The notes below the pieces were generated by a model. That model had not been told where the DNA came from, ran no database searches, and saw only the letters and a program-made list of their open reading frames with translations. Positions 1 to 13,300 of a stretch of DNA of 64,000 nucleotides are shown here, in pieces. Every line of letters starts with the position of its first letter. The first letter of the stretch is position 1. The DNA is from Aplysia californica (lineage: Eukaryota). The translations under genes were made by a program, and so were the position numbers. The stretch covers positions 1,035,737 to 1,099,736 of the forward strand of contig NW_004797318.1 in the NCBI RefSeq assembly GCF_000002075.1, in the 5' to 3' direction.

Positions 1-641
1 TGTGATAACAGAATTGTAGAATTCTGTGCCGTGAACTAACGTTCCAGCGCTCTTGTGTTACTACTACTGATAGCCTAAAAGCGTGCAATTTGGCCTGTGG
101 GCAGTAGAGAGAGAGAGAGGAGTAGCGCGAGAACTTCGCCGTCTTCGGGGCAAAACAAAATGGCAACCCGCGTAGTTCAGCTCGATTCGAAAAGCTAAAT
201 AGCCGTAGCATCTTTGTAGACGACCAAATTAATTTACTTTTCTGTGTTTTTACATCATTTTTTAACTTTGTAGCTTTGGTCAATTTGATCGTCCACACCG
301 ATAGACAGTATTCAGAAAGAGAGAGAGGGGAGGAGTAGATCTTGCGAGAACTTCTGGGCAAAACAAAATGGCGACCCCCGTGGCTCGGCTCGATTCGAAA
401 AGTGAAATAGCCATAGCATCTTTGATGACGATCAAATTAGCTTACTTTTGTGCTATATTGTCATATTTTCTTTGCTTTTGTCAATTAGATCACCCACACC
501 GATAGACAGTTTTCCGAAATTAGGAAAAAACAGGTCTTGTTGTTTCACACCTGGTGAGAATAGCCAACGCTGGCAAGTCTTACCCGGGGTGAGAGGTCGA
601 TCGTATTTTTATTCTCACCCTGGGTGAGGATAGCCACTTCC
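1..641 (+). mobile_element. Non-autonomous modular repeat with ~210-bp internal tandem units and GA microsatellite (MITE/Helentron-like), cut by the window edge
   Basis: Reverse complement of 49329-49975; internal short IRs tattctcaccc..ggtgagaatag. Confidence 0.75.
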
Positions 642-1320
642 AAAATAAATGTGACATTGAAATTCGTTTTACACCGATTTTTGTCTCTATGAGTATGAAT
701 TATGTTCATGATGTTTTAGTAGCATTTTAACAACATGCGACTAAACGTAGAATGGTGCATCTTCCTGATTGGCAGTTAATTTTAGTAATGTGATGTCATC
801 ACTACCAGGGATACCCACAGACTATTTTTATAAGGCCGTGTCGTGGAGGTACCAAAGATTGTGTATACATGATACAGTAGAGAATCTTTAAAGTACCGCA
901 TGGAATGACATGTTGGGTCAGGGACTTGACGTGTTATCCGTATCAATGTTTCGCACGGTAAAATTTCACTCTTGCGGCTAACTGCAGCATGTCAGCCATG
1001 CTCTGGTAATGGAATATGGCTTAGATTGTTGATGCTCAGAACCGTAAGAACGCTGATGCTTGAAATTGAAACACAGTAAATGCAAAGACAATAAAGCCCG
1101 CTAAAATTGTCGTAAATATTCTCGGAGACTCAGGGGTGGGGGGGGGGGGGGGGGAATANNNNNNNNNNNNNNNNNNNNNNNNNNNNNNNNNNNNNNNNNN
1201 NNNNNNNNNNNNNNNNNNNNNNNNNNNNNNNNNNNNNNNNNNNNNNNNNNNNNNNNNNAAATAATACGCAGAAGAGATAAGCAGCAGCAACATCGGAACA
1301 CTGCATCATATCAAATTACC

Positions 1321-4300
1321 AGTACGTCTCCTGGAAAAACATTGCACCATGCGTCATGCCATGGTAGATATACACGACCTTTGGTGCCATGCGGTTGGCT
1401 ATGTTTAGATCATGTAATCACGTGATCGGAGGGGTATCCCTGTTGAGATGGCCGCCTTATCTAAAAATAGTTTGCGTCGTTCTACGTTTAGTCAAATGTA
1501 TTTTCAGAGATGGCTTGTTTCAATTGGTTAGTTTCAAATGAAAAACTAGATCTGGTATCTAGATTATAGTACTAAGAGCTCTCACTTACGGATTGAAATA
1601 TGAATTTAGAAATCCTGATAAAGGTATCATCTTCAGATTTCAGTTACAGTCGAACTTGCTCTAACGGCCACTAGATCTAGTAAAGCAATCACTTGTGCAA
1701 ATGATTACTTCCGACTTCTCCCTTTGCTTTTTTAATTAGCCTAACATTGTCCCAGATGTCTATCTGTCTTCTCCTTGACAATGTCAATAGGTGGCCTTCT
1801 GTGACAATATGTATCTTGATGAACTTGTGGCCTGTGGTCCGATGACAGTGTGACCCTCTTTCTCAATTTTGTTTCTGTGCTCCATGTTAACAGTTGGTTT
1901 AGAAAGTTTTTTTCTGTGGTACCCTGAATGAAAATAAATGTGATCTTGCTTGGTGTTGGCGATTCAGAAACGTCAGTCTTACAGATGTGCATGTTTTATT
2001 CACATTTGCTAAATTCGATGATATGGTAAGGGTTCGGGTTGGATTAGGGTGTCTATCTGTAGGAGTTACCCTAATCCTATGCCCTATACCTACCCTTTCC
2101 CTTACCTTATTACCCAAATCCAACCAATGGACCAATGTGAATGAAATGTGCCCATCTGGAAGATTGTCAGTTTTAATACTCACCTTAGATAAATACATGA
2201 TAATGAATTAAATATACTGCACTATCATACTGTTGTGGCCTATTCTTGATACTAGATACGTGATATTGTGGATGAAAATGGGACTAGAGTGTTATAATAC
2301 TTGAAAATAGTGCATTTAAAAAATTAATTTTATGTATAAATGATGAATCAGAGACGGAGTCAATCATACGCTTTGCTCCGTTATAAAAATTCTGATTTGC
2401 CACAACGCTTCTCTTCGGGTGTGATTTGTGATAAAGTTGCTTAAAATATGAGTAATGATACAATAGTTAAATGTAATAGAGATGATTTTTAAGTTAAGAG
2501 TTTAAGTTCTTCTATGGGCTCTTGTTGTGTATATTCTATAAATTTTGTCCTTTCTTTTCTCCAGTGCCAGGTCAAAGTAAACCTCCAGGTCCTGCTCCAA
2601 ATGGCCCATTTGTTCCAGGAATGTTTCAGCCTGGTTCTGTACCCATGAGACCTCCAGCTCCAGGCAACCCACCAGGCCAGTGGGCAGGAGCTCCCCCAAG
2701 ACCTCCTGGAGTGAATGGATTTGGTAATACTTCTATGCAGCCACCTCAACAAATGCAACATATGAATGCAGGGCCTCCACGGCCTCAGGCCCCTCCTCCT
2801 ATGTTCAACGTAAATTCTCCGGGTCAGCAGCCCCCGATGCGACCAGCTGGACAGATGCCTCCTCCCCCCCAAACCTCACAGACTGCCAGTTCTTTCATGA
2901 ATGGGCCAAGCAATGCGAACATGAACACTCGGATGGCTCGACCCCCAGTGCCAACAATTTCTGCGCCTTCAGGGGGGCCTCCGTCTGCGAGTCAGGGTGG
3001 GTCGTTCAATAATACTCAAGGACAGCCCCCCTCATTCCAGACCTATGGCTCTCAACAGAACCCCGGACTGCCGCATGATGGAGTCCCTCAGAGTAAGTGC
3101 TTTTTAAAATTCCCATGTTCTGCACCCTGTTCACTTATGTGTGGCATACCAGTTCCCCCTGTTTGATATCATGATAAGGCTATCGTTTTGCATGCTTTAA
3201 ATCTTTTGTTTGTACTGTAATAAAGCTTTCATGATCCCATTCATAATATTTGTACTCAGTATAACAATGAACGGACAGAGAATTTTGGCCTTCCCCCTTT
3301 TTTGAGGCAATAATCAGGAAGACTTGATTCAGTATGAAGATTCAAATGTCTTTGTAGTATGTTTTTTTCTCTATAATAGTCTTACCATGTAAATCTTTAG
3401 TTGCGATGTTCAGAAGTCGTTCCAATCACCTTGTAAACTGAGGTAGATTTAGGATTTTCTTCATGATTGCAATTATCATAGAACTGTTGGCTTTGAAAAG
3501 AAAGATAAGCATAAGATGCTATATGAGTGCAGTTTTCTGTTATTTGGAGGTGCCAGCTATTTTAAAAAATGTGCCAGGTTTTCAGTTGTTTTCATTTTGT
3601 ACAGGTTTGGTTTCTTCTTTTTCTTTTATTGTTTCTATTTTTTTAAACCAAAAACTTTTGCCTTTTACACACCACCTGTGTTCATCGTGTTATTGCATCA
3701 GCACAATGTTTGAAAGGGTTTGTGGTTTTACCAAGTTTTTAAAATATATTTTACACATATTTCATGTTATCCACAGTAGCGAATGGTAATTAATAGTACG
3801 TGAATTAACATTTTCACCATTGTAAAGCTGTTTGTCAGTTTGTGCAACACGTTTTAGGCAAGAAAACTTTACTTGCTGGTGTTTTTAATGTAAGTGCATG
3901 GCATTTTGTTTTCTTTAAAGATTTATTTGTAATTTGTATGGCTAATGATTCTGTTCTGAGCTAACAGTGTGTTTGTTGTGGTTAAACAGTACTATTGCTA
4001 AAGTGTCTTTTTAATTGTGTTGGTAATTTCGTAAAGATGTGCAAAACTTGAGTAGTCTGAGTCGTCTAGTTTTTAATAAAGCATGCCTTGCAAAGTTTTT
4101 TTGCATGAAAGAGAAGACTAAGTTTAAACACAAAAAAGTTTCAGGAATGACCCATTTGTCTCTTGATTGTGACGAATGTGGATCTCAAGATACTTTTTCT
4201 GCTTATATTTGGCTTCCAAGTGCGCAGTTTTAAAAAGGATTCTCTGATTTAAATAATGATCAATTAAAAATGTGTTTTTAGTAAAGGGTATATGTATTGT

Positions 4301-7300
4301 GGTATTCCATACTGTTCAAAAGGGACTGATTGGCAACATGACTCTAAATAAATATAAATGTTAACTAGTATATGTTAATTTTGTTGGGGCATATCTGCTT
4401 TGTGTTCTAGGCCCCCCCCCCCCCCCCCTTTTTTTTTTTTGGTCCCTGATCACCTCAACAGTTTAAGAATGCTGATGTGTAGTTACTTGTTGTGTTTTCA
4501 AAAAGTGTGACAAAGCTTAGGAAAATGGGGGCTGTGAATTGTTATAGGTATCGTTTGTTGTTCGCAACACATTTGATTTGATTTTGATGTGCTTCTCAGA
4601 AATTTTTAGGCATCAATGATATTTTATTTGAGAATCTGAAGAGTGGCTAGAAATGTAACAAAATGATGTCCCTTTTTGCTGTTTGGGCATGTTGATGAAT
4701 GATTGCATGAATTATTCACGACATGAGTTGCTGAAAAATTATCTTGTTTCATGGAGGTGGTTAAAAGATTCAACCTAATATCTCAAAAGGCTAGTAAAAT
4801 ATAATTTTGGAATGCTTGTGTCTGCTGTGAGAGGCTTAAAATTTAGGATTGAAACGTTTACCCTGAGTCGATGGTATCAGACAAGTTTTTGTAAAAATGC
4901 AATTATTCTTCTGCTCATTATTTTTCCCCTCCAATTTTGAAAAGTGAATTGTTAAATTTGAGGTTTCAAGTCTGACTAGTGACCTAATCTTGTACCCAGG
5001 TCGCCCTAATGAGTTGCCAGTTCCGTTTCATGGACAAGGACAATACTCTCATCAGGTTAACCCTTTCATGCAAAAAACACCAACTCAGACTCCAGGCAAT
5101 TCAGGTAAAGCCTTAAGAGCAGTGTTACTGCTACTAAATGCTTGATAAAAGTATGTAAGTTCTATTTTATAATATGTTTGTATTTTAACGTTAGCGGAGT
5201 CCTTAAGTTTATGTTACCATTTGACTCCAGTTTGGAAAAAAAAAAGAAAGAAATTACCGTACCCGCTCAGCTTTGCACGTGCTTTATTCGATTCTTTACT
5301 TCCTCTGTTGTAAAGTGTGTGTTGATTGTATGCTTGATATTGGTGTACCACTGCGCTTTCACTCATTCCTAAGTTACGATCTTTACTTTTTACCCCTTTC
5401 AACCTATGTATCTGACTGACTGCATGGGTTTGGAATGTCTTGATAACACATGAAATTTGTTGGGGGTGGTATGTTATTATATCTACAAAATGCTGGTAAT
5501 TTGTGTTTGGAATGAGTTGTCACACAGCGTATTATGAAAAATATTGTGTGTATCTTTTCAGTACGATTTCACTCTAATTTTTGTACTTTTATAAAACATT
5601 TTATTGAATCGGTAAAGTGTGTTGCTATGTGTATATGACATGTATGGAAAAATACCTTGGAAAAGAATTCTGGACACTTGGCCTTCTCTTCTCATCTAGC
5701 ACCCCCGTCCCAGAAATCTTCTCGGGGGCCGTCCCCTGTGCCTGGTTCAACCATGGATGCGCTGGAAGGGCAGTTCACACCTTCTCGTGGTAGGTGCTTG
5801 GATGTAGTTGTTTCGCGGTGCAAAGGATTTTGTGGGTGTTTGTAATGCTTTTTCAGAGTGCATTATTCATCATCAGACCTGCCAAGTACTCAGATAAAAT
5901 CGGAGCTCTCCAATTTTTTAATATTTGTTTGAAGAATCCTGACTAGATTTGCATTCTCCGATTTTTTTTCTTGAATTCCATCTCCATTGGTTGCATGCGA
6001 CTTTTATCTTCAATGAGGTGACGAAACATGTTTTGAATGTACAGTCAAACCTGCACAAACGGCCACTTTCCATTTCCCCCCTTGCGTTTTTTCTATATAA
6101 CTTAACTGTGTAAAACGGGCACCTGTCCAACGCGGCTGCGGCCACCATATTTTGACACACAACCCCTATCACACTAAGCAATAACACCTGTCTTAGACGG
6201 TCACCTTAGTGACTCCATTACTTTCTGTCATGAACTGTGCATTGGCCCCTGGCGTTGTGGGCAAGCTGTCATAAATCAATTACCTGACGTTATTGTTAGG
6301 TAGTCCCTCCAACCGATCATGTTGCGTAGGTCCCTCCCAATGTTTACCTTTAGCTACCAATTTTCAGCTGCTGGTGAGGTAAATGTGTGATCCCTCATAA
6401 CCCATAAAGCCCCGCCCAGAACTCATACACAAATCGTAAGTGAAAGTGGTCACTGTTTACCCAGTCTGTAACAAAGTAACAAAAGACGTCAACATGAACT
6501 TGTGACAGAAATGTCGCTCGTTCTCCTAATGGTGGCGACCCATGTGTTTGTTTTAACATGGCACTTGGTCTTCCTCGTCTGATACATTTTGTTTATTGTC
6601 ACCCTTGCGCAAAATCAGCAACAAAATAAAAAAATGTTAAAATACAAACCACCAACAACAAAAACAACAATGCGACTACTTTCGATTGGGACCTCAGATT
6701 GGAATGGTTTGTTTTCTTCATCTTGATCGGTCGTGCCTAAGACGGCCACCTTTCTTATACGGACACTTTTCTCTTTGACAATGTGTGGCCGTCTTACACA
6801 AGTTTGACTGTATTTGTTTGCATTATCTGCGCAATTTATCATGAATAATGTGGAAATATATTTATTTTCAATCAAGTGCAACTTGTAAATGAAGTGAAAA
6901 TCCACTTATTTAGTTGCATGTATCTGCTACTCACGTTTATTTGCCTTTACCGGTTTGTTACGTAATTTTAATTTTTACTGGTATGTGTTCTGGAGACTGA
7001 ATCTCCCCCCCCCCCCCAAAAAATTTTAGGGAAAACTTCCTATTTTTTTTGGTCTTGGGGTGGTTGGCAGGTGTGCGTTATTGTTATTTTAATGTGATGA
7101 CTGCCTAAAGTTTCAAAGTGCTTTTATGCACATGTTGCAGTGCTGCTCTTTTTCACCATTGTTTACGGAATAGAGTGGGATTAAATCATTTGAACGTTTG
7201 TCTTGTATGTTGTATTTTTAATTGAGTAGTAATGACTGGTCCATGGACAGCTGCTGCCTGGTAGTTTATTTTGTCTGACTGAGTTGGGGGTGCAAGTTCT

Positions 7301-10300
7301 GTCCCAGTGGTTTTATGCACCCCTCATAAATTTGATCATTTTTTTGCATAATTTCTGATTATTTTCCTTTTATCATTCTTTGTTAAAATTAACAGAATCG
7401 TATAATTTTGGGCTCAGTTTGTATAATTTCAGAATTTTTTTGCATAAAACCGCGGAGACAGTCTGCAAGGCTTGAATGACACTAGGAAAATGAGGTTTGG
7501 GTTCTGGTGGGTTCGGATTATAATTCAGGTTTCTTCGTGGTGAGGGATTCCACCTTCAGGGTAACTATTTCTGTTTCTTGTATAGCCCTAGATCTCAATT
7601 CTTGCACTTTTTGCCTCTTCAACCCATGATTGCCACCAAACTTTTGCCCCCCCCCCTCCCCCCAAATACCCGAGTGTGTTGTTACTCTTTGCTCATTTTG
7701 CCACCCTTTATAAATAAGGTCTATAAGGATTCATTCTATTGGCTAATAATTGTTGCATAACCTGGACAACATATGTGTGTTCAGCTGTATGTTTTTCTTT
7801 TTAAAAGTACAATTATAGAGTTATAGTAAAGCCTCTCTGCTGTTAAAAAATTATTTTACACACATCTCTTAATAATTACTGCATAAGTTAAGGGTTGGAC
7901 AGATTTAGGAAAAATGAAGTATCAGTAATGAGAATTTATATTAAATTTGTGTAAAACAAAGAAATTGTAAGGTGTAAAAAAATTGAAGAGTTAGAAAATA
8001 AAATGTTAGATATCAATTTTTAAAGCTTTCCAAATCTGTGTTTAAAATAATCATTAGTTGCTTCCATAAAAATTATTGTTTATATTTCATGTTGTAGCAA
8101 TTAAGCTTTTCACCTGTCTTCAGAAGACATGTTCGATTTCCGTGTGGGGAAGTTTTTAAAAAATGAGTATCTGTATCTGTCTGCTATGGTGTTGTATCTC
8201 ATTCACAGTAAAAGGAAAGGTTGAAGCAGCCAGGTTAAATATCAATCGAGGTGTAAAACTTGTCCTTATCAAGGCATCCTGAAAATAGCGGTCAGATTTT
8301 TAAAAAGATTCTCAAACTTCACAGTGAAAATTGTCCTTGACAGGCGGGCATCTTGGACAGTGTTTTACTGTTACTCAACATCGTCATCAAGTGCGAGATC
8401 TGAAACAGACATCGGCGACCATGTTATTTGTCTACCATTCATTTTTTCGTTCAGATAATTTTTTTTAAAAAAGGAAATAAAAAACTACCAACAACAAGCA
8501 AGCAATCAAATATTTAAAAAAACAAAAAAACAAAACAAAACTACCACCAACAAACACACATACAAAACTATACTACCCTGGTCTTTCCCTGTCTCCCTAG
8601 TTGCCCACCTATTTAAAAAGCATGCAATGGGGGAAGGGTTGTTTGTACAGGTGGCCATTGGAGCAGGTTTGACTTTAAAAATTGTTGTATTCCCCTTCCC
8701 AGGAGCACCATCCCCAGCTTTTCCAGGAGCGAGAGGGAGCCCAGTGCCTGGTCAGGTGCCGGCCGGGAACTTCCCCCCACCTAATCAAGGGCAGTACCCC
8801 GGGCCCAGACCTCCGCTGCCTGGCGCCCCAGGCCAAGTGCCGCCGCAGCGTTTCCCTCCCGGACAGGCTCAACACTTCCCTCCACAACCGGGGTTGCCCC
8901 CTGGCCCCGCCCATCCACCAGCTCCATCACAACAGGTACAGCCGCAGCAGCCTCCCTACGGGTTCGGTCCACTGCCGCCGCAAGCACCTGCTGGCCCAAA
9001 CGCCGGCCCCCCTCCTCCCCCTTCCTCCACCGCTGCTCCTCCGAGTGGTCCTGCTGGCTTCCCCCCTGTGTCTAGTTCGCCCATGGGGGGGTTCCAGCCT
9101 CGTCCACCATCTAACAATTCCAGCTTCGCTCCCCCGCCCCCCATGTCGTCCAACGCTCCGGGGAGTTTCCCCCATCCCCCAGGACCAGCCGCCCCAGGAC
9201 AGAGGTACCCCCCTCCCCCTTCAAACGCGGCCCCATCGAGGTACCCCCCACCACCTGGAGCTAACACAGTCCCTGGCTTCCCGCCAGCACCCACTCCAGC
9301 CACCTCACAGCCTATGGCACAACCCGGAGCCATGCAGCCCCCCTCACAGTATGGGGTAGGTTTTTTATGTTTAAGTGCTAATTTGTTATGTTGCATGCAT
9401 GATTTCAGCCAACCTGAAGACTCGTAAATTTATTTAGTGCTCGTATATTTATTTAGAGTAATGACATGACATTCCTGTTCATTACAATATTATCTGCATT
9501 TGTTAAATTTAAAGAACAACATTTTAACTGTTGTTGGTAACTTATGAGATGGTCATGCCCCATGATGCAATCTGTTCTTTGCAATGTACCATCTGTATTA
9601 GTTTCCTTTTTTATTGTGACTCTGTTGTAAGAAGCTGTGAACTGATTGTTTACATTATGGAGTAGATAGTGCTTCATGGTTTCCCGTGGTATTCATTGTA
9701 CCTTTACCCTCCCTTTCCTTTTGCATTGTCTTCTTTTCTTTTCCATTTGGCCTGTCCTATCCTTCCCTCTTCCTCGTACCCTGGGTTGACTATGCTCTCA
9801 TACTTTCTTTAACTCTCAAAAGGGCATTACTCTGTGGACACGCTTCATTTTAATTTGATAGACTGAAATCTCATTCTTTGTTCTGTATCTGTTTTAAGGG
9901 GGATGATTCGACAGTATTTTTTTAAGGGTGCATGTTAAATAGATGTGGGTGACGGGATTTTTAGTACAATTATTTATTGATTAATTTATAGTCTCTCTTT
10001 TCAAGAAAAGAGTTGGTAACTTTCAGTATGATTGTTCTCATGTTGCGCAAAGGATTAATTTTTCCCTTTCGTCCTCCCAGGGTGCCCCACCGGGCTCGTA
10101 TGGGAGTCAACCTTATGGACAACCTCACCAAGGAATGTACGCCAATAATGTAAATGCCATGACCCAGAATTTTGGCCAGATGGGAGTGCAGGTGAGGGTC
10201 TACTTCCACACACACACCCCCGTACCAGAATTATTTGTGTTTGCTATTGGTAAAGTCAGGTCTTTTGTTGAAATGTTCTGTAATTTCAAATTACTTAAAG

Positions 10301-13300
10301 GGCTTAACAGACAGGAGGGAAAACCTACATTCTTATATATTCCCTTTTTTGTCTCTCGTGAGGTTTATGTTTTGTTTAATTTGAATGTCGATGGATGTAG
10401 CTTGACTTTCAGTAGTATGACCGTGGCATGCTGGAGAGATATTAATGTGTCTTCATACTTGTGCCCAGAGGTTAAAGGGAATAAAAGTGACAGCAATGCC
10501 CTGAGTAATATACTATTGGACCGGTTTGCAAGTTCTTTATGGGCTCTAAACTTAGATACCGGAATAAATTTTGATTCTTATACGAAGTGAATAGAGAGTT
10601 TGTTTCGGGCTATTTATTATTTTTATATTTAATGTTGCACAGACAGTGCAAATAGATGTGAATTCATGATATAGAATGGTAACTTTGTTTGAAAATGTAT
10701 TGGAAGGGTCCATTATACTTTTTATTCCCTTATAATATTACCCTTAGCAAAAAAATACATGTATATATGTATTTATTGTTCTTAGGATTCACAAAGAGCT
10801 GTTAACCTGCTCAATGAGAGGCAGTTGATGCCTCCTGATGGAGTGGAGACGGCAAAGCCCATCTTGCCTCATGATTTCAAGAAAGTCAACTGCAGCCCAG
10901 AGTGAGTGTGAAGATGACTTAGAAGTGATATCCTGATGTGTAGAAGTGATATCCTGGTTTGAGTCCCTTAATGTCTCAGGCAATTTGACGGTTAATATGT
11001 AATGAAAACAGTTTTGAACTTTGTAAGAAACATACAGAATATTTGTGGGTGCTGTTTTTCTGTTATTTTCACTGAAATTTGTTTTCTGTAAACCTTATTT
11101 TTTGCATTTCTATTACCGAGAAGTGCAAATTTTTTTTAGATTTCCATATTAGATGGGTTTTTAAACTGTCTTTTAGTTGTTCAGTTATGTTCACGAAATC
11201 CTAATGGCATCCCTGAATATTGAATATGTGTGAGATCTAACAAATGTGTTACAATATGTTCATACTTTCTTTCCTTTTTAATCAAAAGTCGGTCAAAAAG
11301 TAATTTTCTATGCTGTACCTTACTGAAAATCAAGATGATCCCCCGAACTGCCCTTGACGTGTTTTGTAAATTTTGTTCTCTTTCCTCAGCATATTTCGTT
11401 GCACACTGAATGCCATACCACAGACTTCAGCTTTACTCAGCAAAGCCAGGTTACCACTGGGAATTCTTATTCATCCTTTCAGGGATCTTTCTGTAAGTTT
11501 ATCTTTGGATTGGATCAGACTGCCCTCTCTCTCTTTTTATAATTTTTCCTTATCAATTTTCACATATGTACGCTTTTGTTTCAGTATGATAGTGATAGCA
11601 TTTTCAGTGACCTTTGTGTGATCCTTTACCATGTGAATCGTGTTGGCTTTTGAGGAGTCACATTTCATTTGGTTGGTTCATAGATAAGATCTCTGATTTC
11701 AGCTCCCAGTCCTTCTGCTATTTTGTCGTATGCGCACAGTTTTAAGAAATATTCAAGCTAAGGATTGTTTATTAAGGGAGGGTGGAGTGTTGATAGTATT
11801 GTCAATGAAAAGTTCGTACCCAATGCTGGAAGGGAGGGTTTACTCTCATACTATGTCACTGAATTTCAGGAGGAATGTGATGGAGTAAGTTTTTTTCCTT
11901 CCCAATCTTTCTCTCCATTTTCATTTCATTTTATCGACAGATGTGGGATGTATATATATTTTTTTCCATCTCTTGGTGGTGTGTATGTTCAACAAATCTT
12001 TTTCTTTTTCATTGTTTATTCAAAGTAAGCTTATGTATGATAATATTGCTTCTCCAGCCAACCTGCTCAATTTCTCTTATAATTTTGCTTTTTTATGCTT
12101 TATATTCTACAAATATATGTTCAGAAATATACAGATGTTACCTGAAAAGAAAGATTGAGCAATTATTTTGTGTTTTAGTGTATTTTATTGATATCCAATT
12201 GCTCTTTGAAAATGCTAAAAAAAATTATTTGTAAATATTTTATTTCATTTAGTTTTAAGTTGAGATGTAAATTCAAACCATTCTAACCTGATTGGACCTT
12301 TGTGACTTTCACTTTTTCTCATGTTCAGTAGTGATCACAGCATCATTGCGCCATCTTTTTTTTCTTTTCAACTCTTAAAATTCAACAAATTATATTAGCC
12401 GAGTACATTTTATCACGCTCAACAAAACGTAACTACTTTTCAACGATGTTTCATGGTCAAGCAATGTAATTCTTGAGTGCTGCGACTGCCTTTCTCGACA
12501 GTTTTCTCTTTCTCTACAAGCTTTTTTCCTTTTTATAGCTCTGATTCTTCAAGGTTTTGAGAGTCTCAGAGGTGGTGGGAATGGGCAGCTGAGGTCTTTA
12601 ATATATTTTGACTGTCATGAAGGTTATTTTTCCCTTTGCATACACTCGCATCATTGCGTGCTGGTGTTAGGTCAATGTTCTTAAGTAACCAAGATGTATT
12701 GAAATGCGAAAGCTGTTAGAATATGTCATGGTTCAACAATAAAGGCAATATATAGCTGTGAATGAATGAGTTTTCTTTTGAGTTACTGTAGTCAACAGTT
12801 CTCAGAATTATACTGTTCTTGTTGAAGTTATGTAGTCTTAACATGTAATAGATAATTGTGATCAAATGTGTCATGACACGATGGAATCGGGCGCTCGTCG
12901 GTTTGTGGGCATTATTGGCATTATTGGCATTATTTTAAAGCTTGTTTATTTGTCTTGCTTTCGGTTTAGAAGATACACATCTATCGTGGATAGAAGTCAA
13001 GATATTAACAATTTAAGGAGGTGGGGGTCACCTGATGTCAAAGGTAAAATTAGTGAGAAAGGAGCCTCCAAAGCTTGGTAGCTTTCATAGCATGAAAGTC
13101 CTTGAAAACTGAAAATGAAAATTTACCCTTTTTTCATGTCAATGTGTTTAATGAAGGTTTTTCAGTTAAATTGGAATCCACATGGAAATGGGTTTTTAAA
13201 TTGTCATAAAAAGTGTAGAGCCGAAACTCAAAATTTCGATAAAAATTGCAAAAGTGACAAGAAATGCTGGTTTCTTCGCTGTCATTATTTTGGCGAGCAC

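Noticed and set aside
940-1000. Minus-strand ATGGCTGACATG as first exon of a divergent gene
   Set aside because: Short frame, weak donor and no supporting downstream exon in the window
7485-7565. Extra Sec24 cassette exon
   Set aside because: The candidate AG/GT pairs do not keep the required phase 1-1
8675-9396. Overlapping alternative-frame and antisense ORFs
   Set aside because: By-products of the GC-rich, Pro-rich Sec24 exon; the same applies at 2489-2872
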